From Nitrospirota bacterium (GTDB lineage: Bacteria > Nitrospirota > Nitrospiria > Nitrospirales > Nitrospiraceae): a stretch of DNA of 64,000 nucleotides. A model generated the notes under the pieces. It worked only from the letters and a program-made list of their open reading frames with translations, made no database searches and was not told the origin of the DNA. The stretch covers positions 1 to 64,000 of the forward strand of contig CAVPBK010000001.1 in the NCBI GenBank assembly GCA_963701855.1. Direction: 5' to 3'. Numbering within the stretch: the first letter of the stretch is position 1; every line of letters begins with the position of its first letter. The translations under genes were made by a program, and so were the position numbers. Shown piece after piece: positions 19,656-30,068 of this stretch.

Positions 19656-21220
19656 TTGGCGTACTCCACATACCGACTCTCGCGAATCACGGTCACTCTA
19701 ATCGTGCCGGGATAGGTCAGTTCTTGCTCAATTTTCTTCGCCAAATCCCGAGACAGTTGGAACGACTCGGCATCGGTAATGTCTTCCTGTCGGACGATGA
19801 CGCGGATTTCTCGGCCTGCTTGAATGGCATAGGCCTTCTGCACCCCCTTGATCGTCGTAGCAAGCGACTCCAGTTTCTCCAGCCGTTTTACATAGGTCTC
19901 CAAGGCCTCCCGTCTAGCCCCAGGCCTGGCTGCAGATAACGCTTCAGCTGCAGCAACCAACACTGATTCCGGACAGATCGGCTCCACTTGTTCGTGGTGC
20001 CCTGCAATGGCATTTACAATTTTCTCGCTCTCGCCGTACTTCTTAGCAATCTCAGCGCCCAGCATGGCATGCGGGCCTTCTTCTTCGTGGCTAACGGCTT
20101 TCCCGATATCGTGCAGGAGTGCGCCCCGCCTTGCTAACTTCACGTCGAGACCAAGCTCCGAAGCCATGATGCCGCAGATGTACGCGGCTTCACGCGAATG
20201 ATAGAGATTGTTTTGCCCATAGCTGGTCCGATACTTGAGCCGACCGAGCACCTTGATCAACTCCGGGTGAAAATCCGAAAGCCCCAGCTCGAAGATGATT
20301 TTTTCGGCTTCGTCATACATAAGTTTATCGATATCAACTTTGACTTTCTCAACAATTTCCTCGATCCGCGTCGGATGGATACGGCCGTCATGCATCAACC
20401 GTTCAAGCGAAACCTTGGCGATCTCGCGACGCAGCGGATCGAAACCCGACACAATGACAGCTTCAGGCGTCTCATCGATAATCAGATCGATCCCGGTTGC
20501 GGCTTCGATCGCACGAATATTGCGCCCTTCCCGTCCAATGATCCGTCCCTTCATCGCATCGTTCGGAATCGGCACGACAGAAATCGTGGATTCAGAAACA
20601 TAATCACGCACCACCCGTTGAATTGAGTTGGTAATGATCTCGCGTGCTTCCCTCTCTGCATTCTCACGCGCCTCTTCTAACGTCCGCTTAGCATGTCCCA
20701 CAGCCTCAAGCCGTGCCTGACTTTCCATCTCTTGAATAAGCTGCTTCTTTGCCTCCTCAGCCGTGATCCCCGCGATACGCTCTAATGCCTCACGATGCTC
20801 CTTCTCCACTCGAGCACACGCTGCTTCTTTAGCCAACAACTTCTCTTCTCGCTTCATGATGTCTTGATCTCGCTTCTGCGCCTCGCTATCCCGCTTATCT
20901 ATCACACTGATTCGTTTCTCGATGGTTTCATCTCGCTGAATCAAACGTTTTTCGACAGTTGCGAACTCAGCCATCTTGACCTTCTGGTCCTTCTCCAGCT
21001 CCTCTTTCGATCGAAGCAGAAGATCTTTTGCCTCCAACTTCGCTTCCTTGACAATGTTTTCTGCCTCCCGCTGAGCGTTCTGAACAGCCTGTCGAGCTTG
21101 CTCTTCTTCCTGTGCCTTCTTTGTGGCGCTCGATGAGCGGCGGATCAGCTCAAAGAGACCGATTCCGAGCAGGCCTCCTATGAGTCCTGTCAACAGATAG
21201 GCAATAATTGAGGTTGACAT
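19652..21220 (-). CDS. rny: Ribonuclease Y
   Basis: N-terminal TM, coiled coil, KH (MKGRIIGREGRNIR), HD (LLHDIGK), RPGARRE. Confidence 0.96.
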   Translation of the reverse strand: MSTSIIAYLLTGLIGGLLGIGLFELIRRSSSATKKAQEEEQARQAVQNAQREAENIVKEAKLEAKDLLLRSKEELEKDQKVKMAEFATVEKRLIQRDETIEKRISVIDKRDSEAQKRDQDIMKREEKLLAKEAACARVEKEHREALERIAGITAEEAKKQLIQEMESQARLEAVGHAKRTLEEARENAEREAREIITNSIQRVVRDYVSESTISVVPIPNDAMKGRIIGREGRNIRAIEAATGIDLIIDETPEAVIVSGFDPLRREIAKVSLERLMHDGRIHPTRIEEIVEKVKVDIDKLMYDEAEKIIFELGLSDFHPELIKVLGRLKYRTSYGQNNLYHSREAAYICGIMASELGLDVKLARRGALLHDIGKAVSHEEEGPHAMLGAEIAKKYGESEKIVNAIAGHHEQVEPICPESVLVAAAEALSAARPGARREALETYVKRLEKLESLATTIKGVQKAYAIQAGREIRVIVRQEDITDAESFQLSRDLAKKIEQELTYPGTIRVTVIRESRYVEYAK

Positions 21221-21605
21221 GCAGACTCCCCCCTTACAGTCGCGAGACGAGAAGAATTCTGCTTCCCAGTCTCATTTGATACGAGATTATCCGACGGTCT
21301 TGAGCACGAAGGGGGCGCAGTAGAAAGATGAGAGACTAGAAGAGAACAGCCTGAAACGCGGTCTAGGAGTTACTCCGAGTACGAACTCGACAGGAATGGA
21401 TGCCTTGCTGGATTGAGATGACGGGTCTGTCCTGTGTGGGATAGATCCCACGAAGTCCATCGACGTCGGTACGGCCTCATTTGAATGAGAGAATTCAGTG
21501 TGCGAACCGGAAGCAGCTCCTGGCTATTTCCGTAGACCGCACTCCCCGACAGCAGGATAAACTTCATGACCTTGTCCAACGTCTCTAATATGAGGTGGAC
21601 GAACC

Positions 21606-21757
21606 CTTGTGCACATTCTAACTGTCTCAATTTCACCAGCATCAAGAACCTACATCCATTCCCCTGTGACTGCATCGTATCTCCGGATCACTAAATCGGT
21701 TCAAGCATGACCTATTCATATCCCTGTAGTATTATCCACTACGTCCCAGCACACAAG
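21606..21757 (-). ncRNA. ssrS: 6S RNA (SsrS)
   Basis: Typical zapA-ssrS position; own promoter; ends pair (CUUGUGUGC/GUGCACAAG); inner CUUGAACCG with GGUUC; boundaries approximate. Confidence 0.7.
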
Positions 21758-21760
21758 ACT

Positions 21761-21789
21761 ACGATAACAAAGGGGGCCACCCTTTGCAA
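21761..21789 (-). promoter_or_regulatory. Sigma70 promoter of 6S RNA
   Basis: TTGCAA-17bp-TATCGT. Confidence 0.6.
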
Positions 21790-21796
21790 GTTGTAT

Positions 21797-22093
21797 CTAG
21801 CGAAAGAGCGAGGTCGGAACCTGCTCCTCGATCGATTCCATGAGTGAGTTCATCCGCCGCTCGACATCCGCCTCACCTTGCGCACGCTTCCGTTCAAGTT
21901 CAAACAACTGATGGGCCAAATTGAGGGCAGTCAGCACGGCGAGCTTGGACTGGGTCGTCGTATTCATCCCTTCCGCGAGACGACGCATTTGACTATCTAC
22001 AAAACTCGCAAGGCGCCGAACATCGCCCTCATCCGCCTCGCCACGAATCGAGTATCGTTGGCCATAGATTTCCACGTCAATGGTCTTAGTCAA
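21797..22093 (-). CDS. zapA: Cell division protein ZapA
   Basis: IDVEIYGQRYSI, LASFVDSQMR, LAVLTALNLA; TTG start after AAGGAGG. Confidence 0.9.
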   Translation of the reverse strand: MTKTIDVEIYGQRYSIRGEADEGDVRRLASFVDSQMRRLAEGMNTTTQSKLAVLTALNLAHQLFELERKRAQGEADVERRMNSLMESIEEQVPTSLFR

Positions 22094-22340
22094 GTGCCAC
22101 CTCCTTGCGTTCTTCAAGACACTCCAATAACTCAATGTCACCGAGAACTCTTTCTATGCGAGACTTGATATCGACACGCTCTTGCTCCCACCGTCGATTC
22201 GCATCATCTTTCTCCGCAAGTCGTTGCCGAACGACCTTTAATTCCTCTTCAGTCGATGCATTCTTTTTTTTTAGCTCTTGAACGAGCTTCACCAAATCCC
22301 TAATACGACTTTCGAGTGCATCCAAACGGTCGAGTGCCAT
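22086..22340 (-). CDS. zapB: ZapB-like coiled-coil cell division protein
   Basis: 84-aa coiled coil overlapping the zapA start. Confidence 0.7.
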   Translation of the reverse strand: MALDRLDALESRIRDLVKLVQELKKKNASTEEELKVVRQRLAEKDDANRRWEQERVDIKSRIERVLGDIELLECLEERKEVALD

Positions 22341-22383
22341 TCTCTCACTCTCTTCCTTAAGAAGCCCCTACAGGTTGTGGCGC

Positions 22384-22412
22384 ACTATAGAAACTTGTCT
22401 AGATCTTGTCAA
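22384..22412 (-). promoter_or_regulatory. Sigma70 promoter of zapB-zapA
   Basis: TTGACA-17bp-TATAGT. Confidence 0.65.
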
Positions 22413-22422
22413 GAAATAGCCA

Positions 22423-24699
22423 TCAAGAAGCCTTGTCTAGCCGTATGTATTCCCGGTAGCTTCGCAGTACGCGCTTCACATACTGCCGCGTCTCCGAATA
22501 TGGGATTAATTCGATGAACTCATCTTGGCTTCGTCCAAGGTGCAGCGCAACCCAACTTCCAACAACCACTGGCCCTGCATTGTATGAAGCAATGGTGAGC
22601 GCAACATTTCCGGAAAATTGTTCGAGTAACTGCTCGACGTAGTGGACGCCGATTTGAATATTGGTCTCTTGATCGAAGAGGTCATCCCGTCCGACCGCAG
22701 GAAGCCCGAGTCGCTGAGCCACATTCTTTGCGGTTCCCGGCATCACCTGCATCAAGCCAATCGCACCGACCCGAGACACAGCCTGCCGATCGTACTGACT
22801 CTCCTCTCGAATGATCGCCGCCACCAAATAAGGATCGACACCGGTTACACCTTGGCCCTTGATCGTGGAAAGAAGACCTGTCGGATAGGCCACCTTCCAC
22901 AGCGAAGGGTCGACGATGCCGCCGGTTCGCTCCAACTTATCGCGGAACCTGGCCCTCGCGAGTCGGAGTGCATGATGGTAGGCGCCCACCTCGTTCAACA
23001 TCGTCGCAAGGGCCATGAGGACGTCGGGATCTCGGCTATAGCGATCGGTCAACCCCGCCAACTCTCGCGCAGCATCCGAGTCCAACCCCAGCGTTTTGAG
23101 CTCAATGGCTCGACGGTATGCCGACTGCTGCCCGATTTCATCCCTGGCAATCGACAAGCGATTAGCCTCACCATTCGCAGGCGAGCCACCGTTCAGCGGG
23201 GCGGTCGCCGAAATCGATTCTGATGCAGGGGGCTCCGACAACGTGATATCAATTCGTTCCCGAGCCAGCTGGCAGTAATAGGTATAGACGTATCGTTGGC
23301 AAAGTTGCACATACACATCACGAGCATTCGGCTGCTGGCTCAATTCAGCCGCGCGCCCCATCCAATAGAGAGCCTGTGGCTCAAAATCGTAGTCGTGCTG
23401 ATCGGCGAGCAGACGAAGCTCGTCTACCACCTCATGATAGCGCGCCATACGGTAGTACACCCAACCCACACGCCAGCGTGCCTCGGCGCGCTGGGACACC
23501 GGCTCTCCAACCTTTGCCACCTGCCGATACCGCGCAATCGCGTCGTCAAAGCGTCCCTGATCTTCCAACCACATCCCAGCAAACAAGGTAATCTGACCCT
23601 TCTGCTCCGCAGAGAGCGGAGATGTCGGCACCGTGCGGGCGAGATCTAGCAACTTGTCCCCCTGCCCTTGTCGAAGATAGACGCGAGCCAGCCAGACCGA
23701 TGCTTCGTGGGATTCCGTCCCCCCATCTTTTACCAATGTACGGAACGTCTCTCGGGCTTCGTCATACTGTTTCAGTCGTACCTGCGCAATCCCGAGCTTC
23801 AACTTTGCCTCAGCACGCCGTGGCGACTTCTGGTCAGCCGCAAGGAATTTTCGAAGTTCCTCGATCGCCTCGGCATGGAAAGATTGTCCAAGAAACGCCT
23901 GAGCCCTGGCAAGCCGCTCATTCGGCTGAACCACCCAAGGCTCGCCGCCAAGATTCGAGGCCAGTAGCACTTCCGCTTCTTTCGCTTCTGCACTGTATGC
24001 AAACCGAACCCAGAGCTGCATCAATGTCTCGCGGCCTTCCCGTATATTGTTGTCTCGCAGCTGGCAGGCACTTTTTCGAAGAAATGCCAAGGGAGTCTCA
24101 GGCTCCTTATCATTCAGTTCCAACGCTTTTGCAAACCATGCCGTTGCTTCCGGACAACTCGACGCTTGATACCACGCTTCCCCTGCTCGATAGGCAACCT
24201 TGGTCAATAGAAAGGAGTCAGGCACCGCCTGCCGAATGCTCTCGAACATGTCTGCCGCTTGCTTGGCATCTCCAAAATTCAACAGCGCTTCCCCCATCCA
24301 TAGCCGGATATAGTCATCCAAGACCGGAAAGTCTCGCTGTGCTGCGCGAAGAAATTGAATCGCCGCGGCAGGATTCCGGTCGAGGGACAACACTCCGGAC
24401 AGCAATCCTGCGCGTTTGGCCCAGGCTGTTGCGGGGAATCGTTCTATCACACGTTGCAGCCGATCGAGCTTGAGCAACAAGACTTGCTCTTTATTGAGAG
24501 CCTTGCCGAGCCGTTCCTTCGGCAGTGCTGCGGCCTGAAAGCAATCTTCCTCCCTCTCACATACATCGCTTCCGTTCAACATCGACGGAGAGGAAGAATC
24601 TGCGGACGCCTGGCTGGATGGCAGAGCAATCCAACAGAGGCCAATAGCCGTGGCAAGAAGCAGGTTTCGTATGGCCCATTGATCTAGAGAGTTGCGCAC
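22423..24699 (-). CDS. slt: Soluble lytic murein transglycosylase with TPR repeats
   Basis: Signal peptide, TPRs, IIREES, GAIGLMQVM, ASYNAG, ETRQYVKRV. Confidence 0.9.
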   Translation of the reverse strand: MRNSLDQWAIRNLLLATAIGLCWIALPSSQASADSSSPSMLNGSDVCEREEDCFQAAALPKERLGKALNKEQVLLLKLDRLQRVIERFPATAWAKRAGLLSGVLSLDRNPAAAIQFLRAAQRDFPVLDDYIRLWMGEALLNFGDAKQAADMFESIRQAVPDSFLLTKVAYRAGEAWYQASSCPEATAWFAKALELNDKEPETPLAFLRKSACQLRDNNIREGRETLMQLWVRFAYSAEAKEAEVLLASNLGGEPWVVQPNERLARAQAFLGQSFHAEAIEELRKFLAADQKSPRRAEAKLKLGIAQVRLKQYDEARETFRTLVKDGGTESHEASVWLARVYLRQGQGDKLLDLARTVPTSPLSAEQKGQITLFAGMWLEDQGRFDDAIARYRQVAKVGEPVSQRAEARWRVGWVYYRMARYHEVVDELRLLADQHDYDFEPQALYWMGRAAELSQQPNARDVYVQLCQRYVYTYYCQLARERIDITLSEPPASESISATAPLNGGSPANGEANRLSIARDEIGQQSAYRRAIELKTLGLDSDAARELAGLTDRYSRDPDVLMALATMLNEVGAYHHALRLARARFRDKLERTGGIVDPSLWKVAYPTGLLSTIKGQGVTGVDPYLVAAIIREESQYDRQAVSRVGAIGLMQVMPGTAKNVAQRLGLPAVGRDDLFDQETNIQIGVHYVEQLLEQFSGNVALTIASYNAGPVVVGSWVALHLGRSQDEFIELIPYSETRQYVKRVLRSYREYIRLDKAS

Positions 24700-24815
24700 C
24701 CGTCGTCTCCTTCTCGATCTGTAACATATATAGCAGTGTACCTCCTCTGTTGCCAGCAGAGCCGCGTGACTCCTGCACCTTGTTCCACTTTTTGAGGCTA
24801 TGCTAGGCTATCCGC

Positions 24816-25922
24816 ATGCGGCACGAAAAAGACGCCCTCCCATCACGCACAACTCCCACGAACCTCCTGGCCCTTGATGAAGAAGAACTGGGCCAACTCG
24901 TGCAGCAGTTCGGATGGCCCCGATACCGGACCGGTCAGATTTTGCGCTGGCTCTATCAACGTCGAGTCAAAGACATCAACCAGATGACGGACCTAGGCCA
25001 ATCGGAGCGAATAGCGCTGGCTTCACAAGCCACGATTCAGCGCACCGCGGGCTGCACGGCATTCCGTTCGGTCGATCACACGAGAAAACTCATACTCACG
25101 CTCAGCGATGGACTCACCGTTGAAACGGTATTGATTCCCGATGAAGACCGCTTAACCCTCTGTGTGTCAACACAGGTCGGCTGTACCTTGGATTGCAGAT
25201 TCTGCCTGACCGGCACGATGGGATTGAAACGCAACTTGAAGCCACATGAAATCATAGAGCAGGTGCTGACTGCCCAGGATCGTCTCGACCCTAGTGAGCG
25301 AATTACCAACCTCGTCTTTATGGGGATGGGCGAACCCTTGGCCAACATGGAGGCCTTGTCAGAGGCCATCCATCGACTCACCAACAAGCCATGGGGGCTC
25401 GGATGGTCGCCGAGACGCATTACAGTCTCGACCGCCGGCCTGGCAACACGACTGAAAGATATTGCGCCACTCGGCGTCAACCTGGCCATCTCGCTGAATG
25501 CCACAACAGACGACCAGCGCGCCAACCTGATGCCGGCTGTCAATGGAATCGCCTCGCTCAAAACGTTGTTTGCCGCCTGCCGCCGCTACCCCTTGCCACC
25601 GACTCAACGTCTCACATTCGAGTACGTGCTGCTAGCCGGGGTAAACGATCACGCCGACGATGCACGCCGCCTCGCCAAGCTCGTCCACGGAATCGCATGC
25701 AAAATCAATTTGATTCCGTTCAATGAATTTCCCGGGAACCCCTTCCGCCGCCCTACGGAACGCAACGTTTCCGCCTTTCAAGCCATCGTGCGACAGGCGG
25801 GTCTCGATGTGTTCGTCCGTAAGAGCCGTGGGCGCGATGTCCTCGGTGCCTGCGGCCAATTAGGCAACCTCTCACCTGAATACGCAGAACGAGCCTTGAC
25901 ACAAATCGAATCCCGTTGCTAG
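24816..25922 (+). CDS. rlmN: 23S rRNA (A2503-C2)-methyltransferase RlmN
   Basis: CVSTQVGCTLDCRFCLTG, FMGMGEP, GACGQL. Confidence 0.96.
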   Translation: MRHEKDALPSRTTPTNLLALDEEELGQLVQQFGWPRYRTGQILRWLYQRRVKDINQMTDLGQSERIALASQATIQRTAGCTAFRSVDHTRKLILTLSDGLTVETVLIPDEDRLTLCVSTQVGCTLDCRFCLTGTMGLKRNLKPHEIIEQVLTAQDRLDPSERITNLVFMGMGEPLANMEALSEAIHRLTNKPWGLGWSPRRITVSTAGLATRLKDIAPLGVNLAISLNATTDDQRANLMPAVNGIASLKTLFAACRRYPLPPTQRLTFEYVLLAGVNDHADDARRLAKLVHGIACKINLIPFNEFPGNPFRRPTERNVSAFQAIVRQAGLDVFVRKSRGRDVLGACGQLGNLSPEYAERALTQIESRC

Positions 25923-25974
25923 CATGCATTGTGCGCACCGCCCAAATATGACCTGGCTGTACTCTCAATACATC

Positions 25975-27333
25975 ATGCGAATATCATGGTTGGTTGTGGC
26001 GAGCAGCCTCGTCTTCACTTTCGCATCGCCCGCCTGCGCAACGGAACTTCGTGAGTTCATCCTCTCCAATGGGATGAAAGTCCTGTTAGTAGAAGTTCCC
26101 AAAGCTCCGGTTGCGACCGTCCAAGTCTGGTATAAAGTAGGCTCACGCAACGAAGTCATGGGCCGCGCGGGCCTCTCCCATATGCTAGAGCATATGATGT
26201 TCAAGGGTACAGCCAAATACCCTAAGGGCACTTTTTCCCGTCTCATTCGCAAGAACGGCGGAATGGACAATGCCTTCACAAGCCAAGACTTTACCGCCTA
26301 CTTCGAAAATCTTGCAGCCGACCGCGTCGAGCTGGCGCTGGAGCTCGAAGCCGATCGCATGCAAGGGCTCTTGCTCGATCGGCAGGAATTGACGACGGAG
26401 CGAGAGGTTGTGAAAGAAGAACGCCGCCTGCGCACGGAAGACGATCCACAAGGCGCGCTCGTGGAGGCGCTCTTCGCGCAGGCCTATTTGAGCCACCCGT
26501 ACCATTGGCCGGTGATCGGCTGGTTCGGCGACTTGGATGCCATGACTCTCGATGACTTGCAGCGGCATTACGATACCTATTACTCGCCCAACAACGCCAC
26601 TCTCGTCGTGGTGGGCGACATCAAAGCCGACAGCCTACTCCCCACGATCACACAACTCTTCGAACCGATCCCGCGAGGACCGGAGCCCAAGTCGATCGTC
26701 ACCATGGAACCGGAGCAAAAAGGTGAACGCCGCTTCCTCCTCAAGCGGGATGCGCAAGTCCCGTTCGTCATGATGGGCTATCGCGTGCCGAATTTTACGA
26801 GCGAAGATTCGTATGCGCTTGACATTCTGAATTCGATTCTGTCGCATGGGAAAAGTTCGCGCCTGTACCAAAGTCTCGTATACGAACAAAAGTCGGCACT
26901 GGCAGTCGGAGCAGAATATAGCTTGCTACAGGCCGACCCGGGTCTTTTCTACTTCTATGCCCTCGTGAGCCCAGGCCAAAAACCGGAATCGGTTGAGGAC
27001 GCCCTCCATCAAGAGATCAAACGCCTCCAGGCCGATCCGCCGACTGAGCAAGAACTCCAACGGGCAAAGAATCAGGTCGAAGCCACCCATATCTTCGAAC
27101 AGGACTCCAACTTCAGACATGCCATGTTGTTCGGGCAGGCTGAATCCGTCGGGGCCGGATGGCGGAAAATCGACCAGTTTGTCGAACGGATCCGGGCGGT
27201 GACAACCAAAGATATTCAGCGTGTCGCCCGTCTATATTTAACGGAAGACAGTCGAACCGTCGGCACACTGATTCCCGTACCCCCCAAACAGCCAGAGGCA
27301 CCCTCCACAGCCACACAACAGGGAAAGCCTTAA
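25975..27333 (+). CDS. M16 family zinc protease, catalytic subunit (start uncertain)
   Basis: HMLEHMMFKG (HxxEH), NAFT, signal peptide. Confidence 0.92.
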   Translation: MRISWLVVASSLVFTFASPACATELREFILSNGMKVLLVEVPKAPVATVQVWYKVGSRNEVMGRAGLSHMLEHMMFKGTAKYPKGTFSRLIRKNGGMDNAFTSQDFTAYFENLAADRVELALELEADRMQGLLLDRQELTTEREVVKEERRLRTEDDPQGALVEALFAQAYLSHPYHWPVIGWFGDLDAMTLDDLQRHYDTYYSPNNATLVVVGDIKADSLLPTITQLFEPIPRGPEPKSIVTMEPEQKGERRFLLKRDAQVPFVMMGYRVPNFTSEDSYALDILNSILSHGKSSRLYQSLVYEQKSALAVGAEYSLLQADPGLFYFYALVSPGQKPESVEDALHQEIKRLQADPPTEQELQRAKNQVEATHIFEQDSNFRHAMLFGQAESVGAGWRKIDQFVERIRAVTTKDIQRVARLYLTEDSRTVGTLIPVPPKQPEAPSTATQQGKP

Positions 27334-27335
27334 TC

Positions 27336-28700
27336 ATGCCAACGACGAGACAGCCGGTCGCGCCTCGACGACAGACAACTCTGACCCTCGTGATGGTACT
27401 CTGCGCCTTGCTCTTGGCAAGCGGTTCGGGTACGGCGGCAGAGATCTCGCCGACGAAATTCGTGACCGCAAACGGCATCACAGTGCTCGTCCTTGAACAA
27501 CATTTCCTTCCCATCGTTGAAATCCACGCGCTGATCAAAACAGGCTCGGCGCAAGACCCTCCCGATAAAGCCGGACTTACGAACCTTGTCGCCAGTCTCC
27601 TCGATGAGGGAACGACCACACGCACATCAAAGCAGCAGGCAGAGCAAATCGATTTCGTCGGCGGAGCCTTGGAAGCTAAAGCCTCAGAGGATTTCACCAC
27701 AGCCTCCGCCCGTGTACTCAAAAAAGATGTCGACCTCGGCTTTACTCTGCTCGCGGACATGCTGCAACGTCCCGCGTTTCACAAGCAGGAATTCGAACGG
27801 ATTCGCACCCAACTCCTGGGCGAAATGGCGAGCGACAACGACGACCCAGGCCATATCGCCATGAAGGCATTCAATCAGCTCGTCTTTCACGGACACCCCT
27901 ACCGTTGGCCCGTCAATGGAACGGAGGAGACACTTAACAAAATCACCCTGGCTGACATACAGGCCTTCTACGGACGTGAATATTCCCCCTCCCAAACCAT
28001 CCTAGCCATCGTCGGCGATATCACCCTTGAGCAAGCCACTGCACTCATACAGACCCATTTTGGAGCCTGGAAAAAAGGAGCCGTGACAGCGCGGAATACA
28101 AAAAAGCCCTCGCCTGTGGAACGGAAAACGGTCCAACTCATCGAGAAAGATCTCACCCAATCCACCATTGTGCTTGGGCATGGAGGCCTTCCGCGCACTC
28201 ACCCGGATTACTATTCCGTTACAGTGATGAATTACATACTAGGAGCCGGTGGGTTTTCCTCCCGCTTGATGGATTCAATCCGAGACAAGCAGGGGTTGGC
28301 CTATGGGATCATGAGCCACTTCGACGCCCGACTGATGCCCGGTTCGTTCTGGGTCAACCTCCAAACCAAGACAGAGACCACGAATCAAGCCATCACCGGC
28401 GTTCTGTCAGAAATCAAATCCATTCGTGACACCCCGGTGTCCGACCAGGAACTGGCTGAGGCCAAATCATTCTTGATAGGCAGCTTCCCACTACGATTCG
28501 ATTCCACCGCGAAACTCGCGCATGTACTTGCCCAAGTGGAATTCTATGGCCTGGGATTCGAATACTTTTCCGACTACCCCAAATGGATAGACCGGGTCAC
28601 AAAGGAAGACGTCCAGCGCGTGGCTAAACAACACCTGGACCCTAAACGATACGCCTTAGTGGTGGTAGGCAACCTCGCCAAAGCGAAAGTCAAGCACTAG
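27336..28700 (+). CDS. M16 family protease, non-catalytic partner subunit
   Basis: No HxxEH; LGAGGFSSRLMDSIRDKQGLAY; ATG 2 bp after partner stop. Confidence 0.9.
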   Translation: MPTTRQPVAPRRQTTLTLVMVLCALLLASGSGTAAEISPTKFVTANGITVLVLEQHFLPIVEIHALIKTGSAQDPPDKAGLTNLVASLLDEGTTTRTSKQQAEQIDFVGGALEAKASEDFTTASARVLKKDVDLGFTLLADMLQRPAFHKQEFERIRTQLLGEMASDNDDPGHIAMKAFNQLVFHGHPYRWPVNGTEETLNKITLADIQAFYGREYSPSQTILAIVGDITLEQATALIQTHFGAWKKGAVTARNTKKPSPVERKTVQLIEKDLTQSTIVLGHGGLPRTHPDYYSVTVMNYILGAGGFSSRLMDSIRDKQGLAYGIMSHFDARLMPGSFWVNLQTKTETTNQAITGVLSEIKSIRDTPVSDQELAEAKSFLIGSFPLRFDSTAKLAHVLAQVEFYGLGFEYFSDYPKWIDRVTKEDVQRVAKQHLDPKRYALVVVGNLAKAKVKH

Positions 28701-28732
28701 CAGCTATGTAGCTACTCTAAAGGCAGGAATCC

Positions 28733-29542
28733 ATGATGACTGAATCCCTCCACAGCAAGCTCAATATACTCCGCCGAGTAATCTCGGACATGCAATCGGT
28801 CTTGGTCGCCTTCTCCGGCGGAATTGACAGCTCCGTCGTTCTGAAAATCGCCCATGAACAACTCGGTGAACGGGCACTTGCCGTCACCGCTGTCTCACCA
28901 ACGTTTCCCACGGTCGAACTCGATGGCGCAATACAGGTAGCATCAGAAATCAGCGCGCGGCATGAACTGGTCCACACCGATCAACTCGAGATTCCGGCCT
29001 TCGTACAAAACGATGCTGCCCGCTGCTTTCATTGCAAGACCGACCTCTATCAATTGCTGGACGGGTTGCGTGAACCGCGCGCAAGCCGGTGGATTGCGGA
29101 CGGGACAAACCTCGACGATCTCGGAGACGATCGGCCAGGAATCAAAGCTGCACGCGAGTGGGGCATTCGAAGCCCGCTGGTCGAAGCCTCCCTCTCGAAG
29201 TCCGATGTGCGGGCACTTGCCCAAGCTTTAGGGCTCTCAAATTGGGATAAACCGGCAGCCGCATGCCTCTCTTCAAGAATTCCTCGCGGCATTCCAATCA
29301 CAATCGAGAGTCTCCGTCGCGTAGAGCAGGCTGAAGAAATTCTACAGGCTGAGGGATTTCGCCATGTACGTGTGCGGGAGCACGGAGAGGTGGCGAGAAT
29401 CGAGGTCGGGGCAGAGGAGTTCTGTCGGCTAAACCAACCGGATCTACGTGTGCGCATCAGCGCCCGCCTCCGCAAGGCTGGGTTCCGCTTCGTCTGTGTG
29501 GACTTAGAAGGATACAGACCGGGCGGGGTCAGCCTAGGCTGA
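28733..29542 (+). CDS. larE: ATP-dependent sulfur transferase LarE family
   Basis: VAFSGGIDS PP-loop, RCFHCK, DDRPG, WDKPAAACLSSRIP. Confidence 0.9.
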   Translation: MMTESLHSKLNILRRVISDMQSVLVAFSGGIDSSVVLKIAHEQLGERALAVTAVSPTFPTVELDGAIQVASEISARHELVHTDQLEIPAFVQNDAARCFHCKTDLYQLLDGLREPRASRWIADGTNLDDLGDDRPGIKAAREWGIRSPLVEASLSKSDVRALAQALGLSNWDKPAAACLSSRIPRGIPITIESLRRVEQAEEILQAEGFRHVRVREHGEVARIEVGAEEFCRLNQPDLRVRISARLRKAGFRFVCVDLEGYRPGGVSLG

Positions 29543-29560
29543 CCCCGCCCGAACCAAGAA

Positions 29561-30068
29561 TTACCGCTGATAGGATTTTGACAGAGCCTCGAGCGCCTCG
29601 TCTGCAAATTTTCGGTGGTCCGCCTCGTTCAGACTTCGCTGTACGACTTTCTCCGCAACCATCAGGGCTAAATCGGTAGTTTGCGCACGAATATCCTGAA
29701 TCGCCTTGCGACGCGCATGATCAATTTCACGCGTCGCATCGCCTTTGACCCGTTCGGCCTCGGCCTGCATCCGTTGTTCATTTTCCTCCATGAGCCGCTG
29801 CGCCCGTTCCTTTGCGGCAGCCAAAATTCCTTCCGCCTCTTTCGCTGCCATGTTCAGCTTGGCCTCGTACTCCTTGAGTTTCCGTTCAGCCTCAGACCGG
29901 TGACGCTCAGCTTGATCGAGACTATCCTTAATTTTCTTTTCCCGTTCTTCCAACATGCCCAAGATACCTGGAAAGGCAAACTTGTAGAGCACAAAGAAGA
30001 GAATCGCAAACGACAGGACTTCCCAGAAAATCAGGGAAGAAAAAAAAGTCAGATTCAAACTGCGGCAT
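29561..30068 (-). CDS. atpF: F0F1 ATP synthase subunit b (apparent +1 frameshift in T8 run at 30040-30047)
   Basis: TM plus coiled coil; ATG 30068 (MPQFESDFF) is out of frame with SSLIFWEV by one T. Confidence 0.9.

Noticed and set aside
21370..21675. 101-aa ORF between zapA and rny
   Set aside because: Overlaps the probable 6S RNA and does not resemble YgfA.
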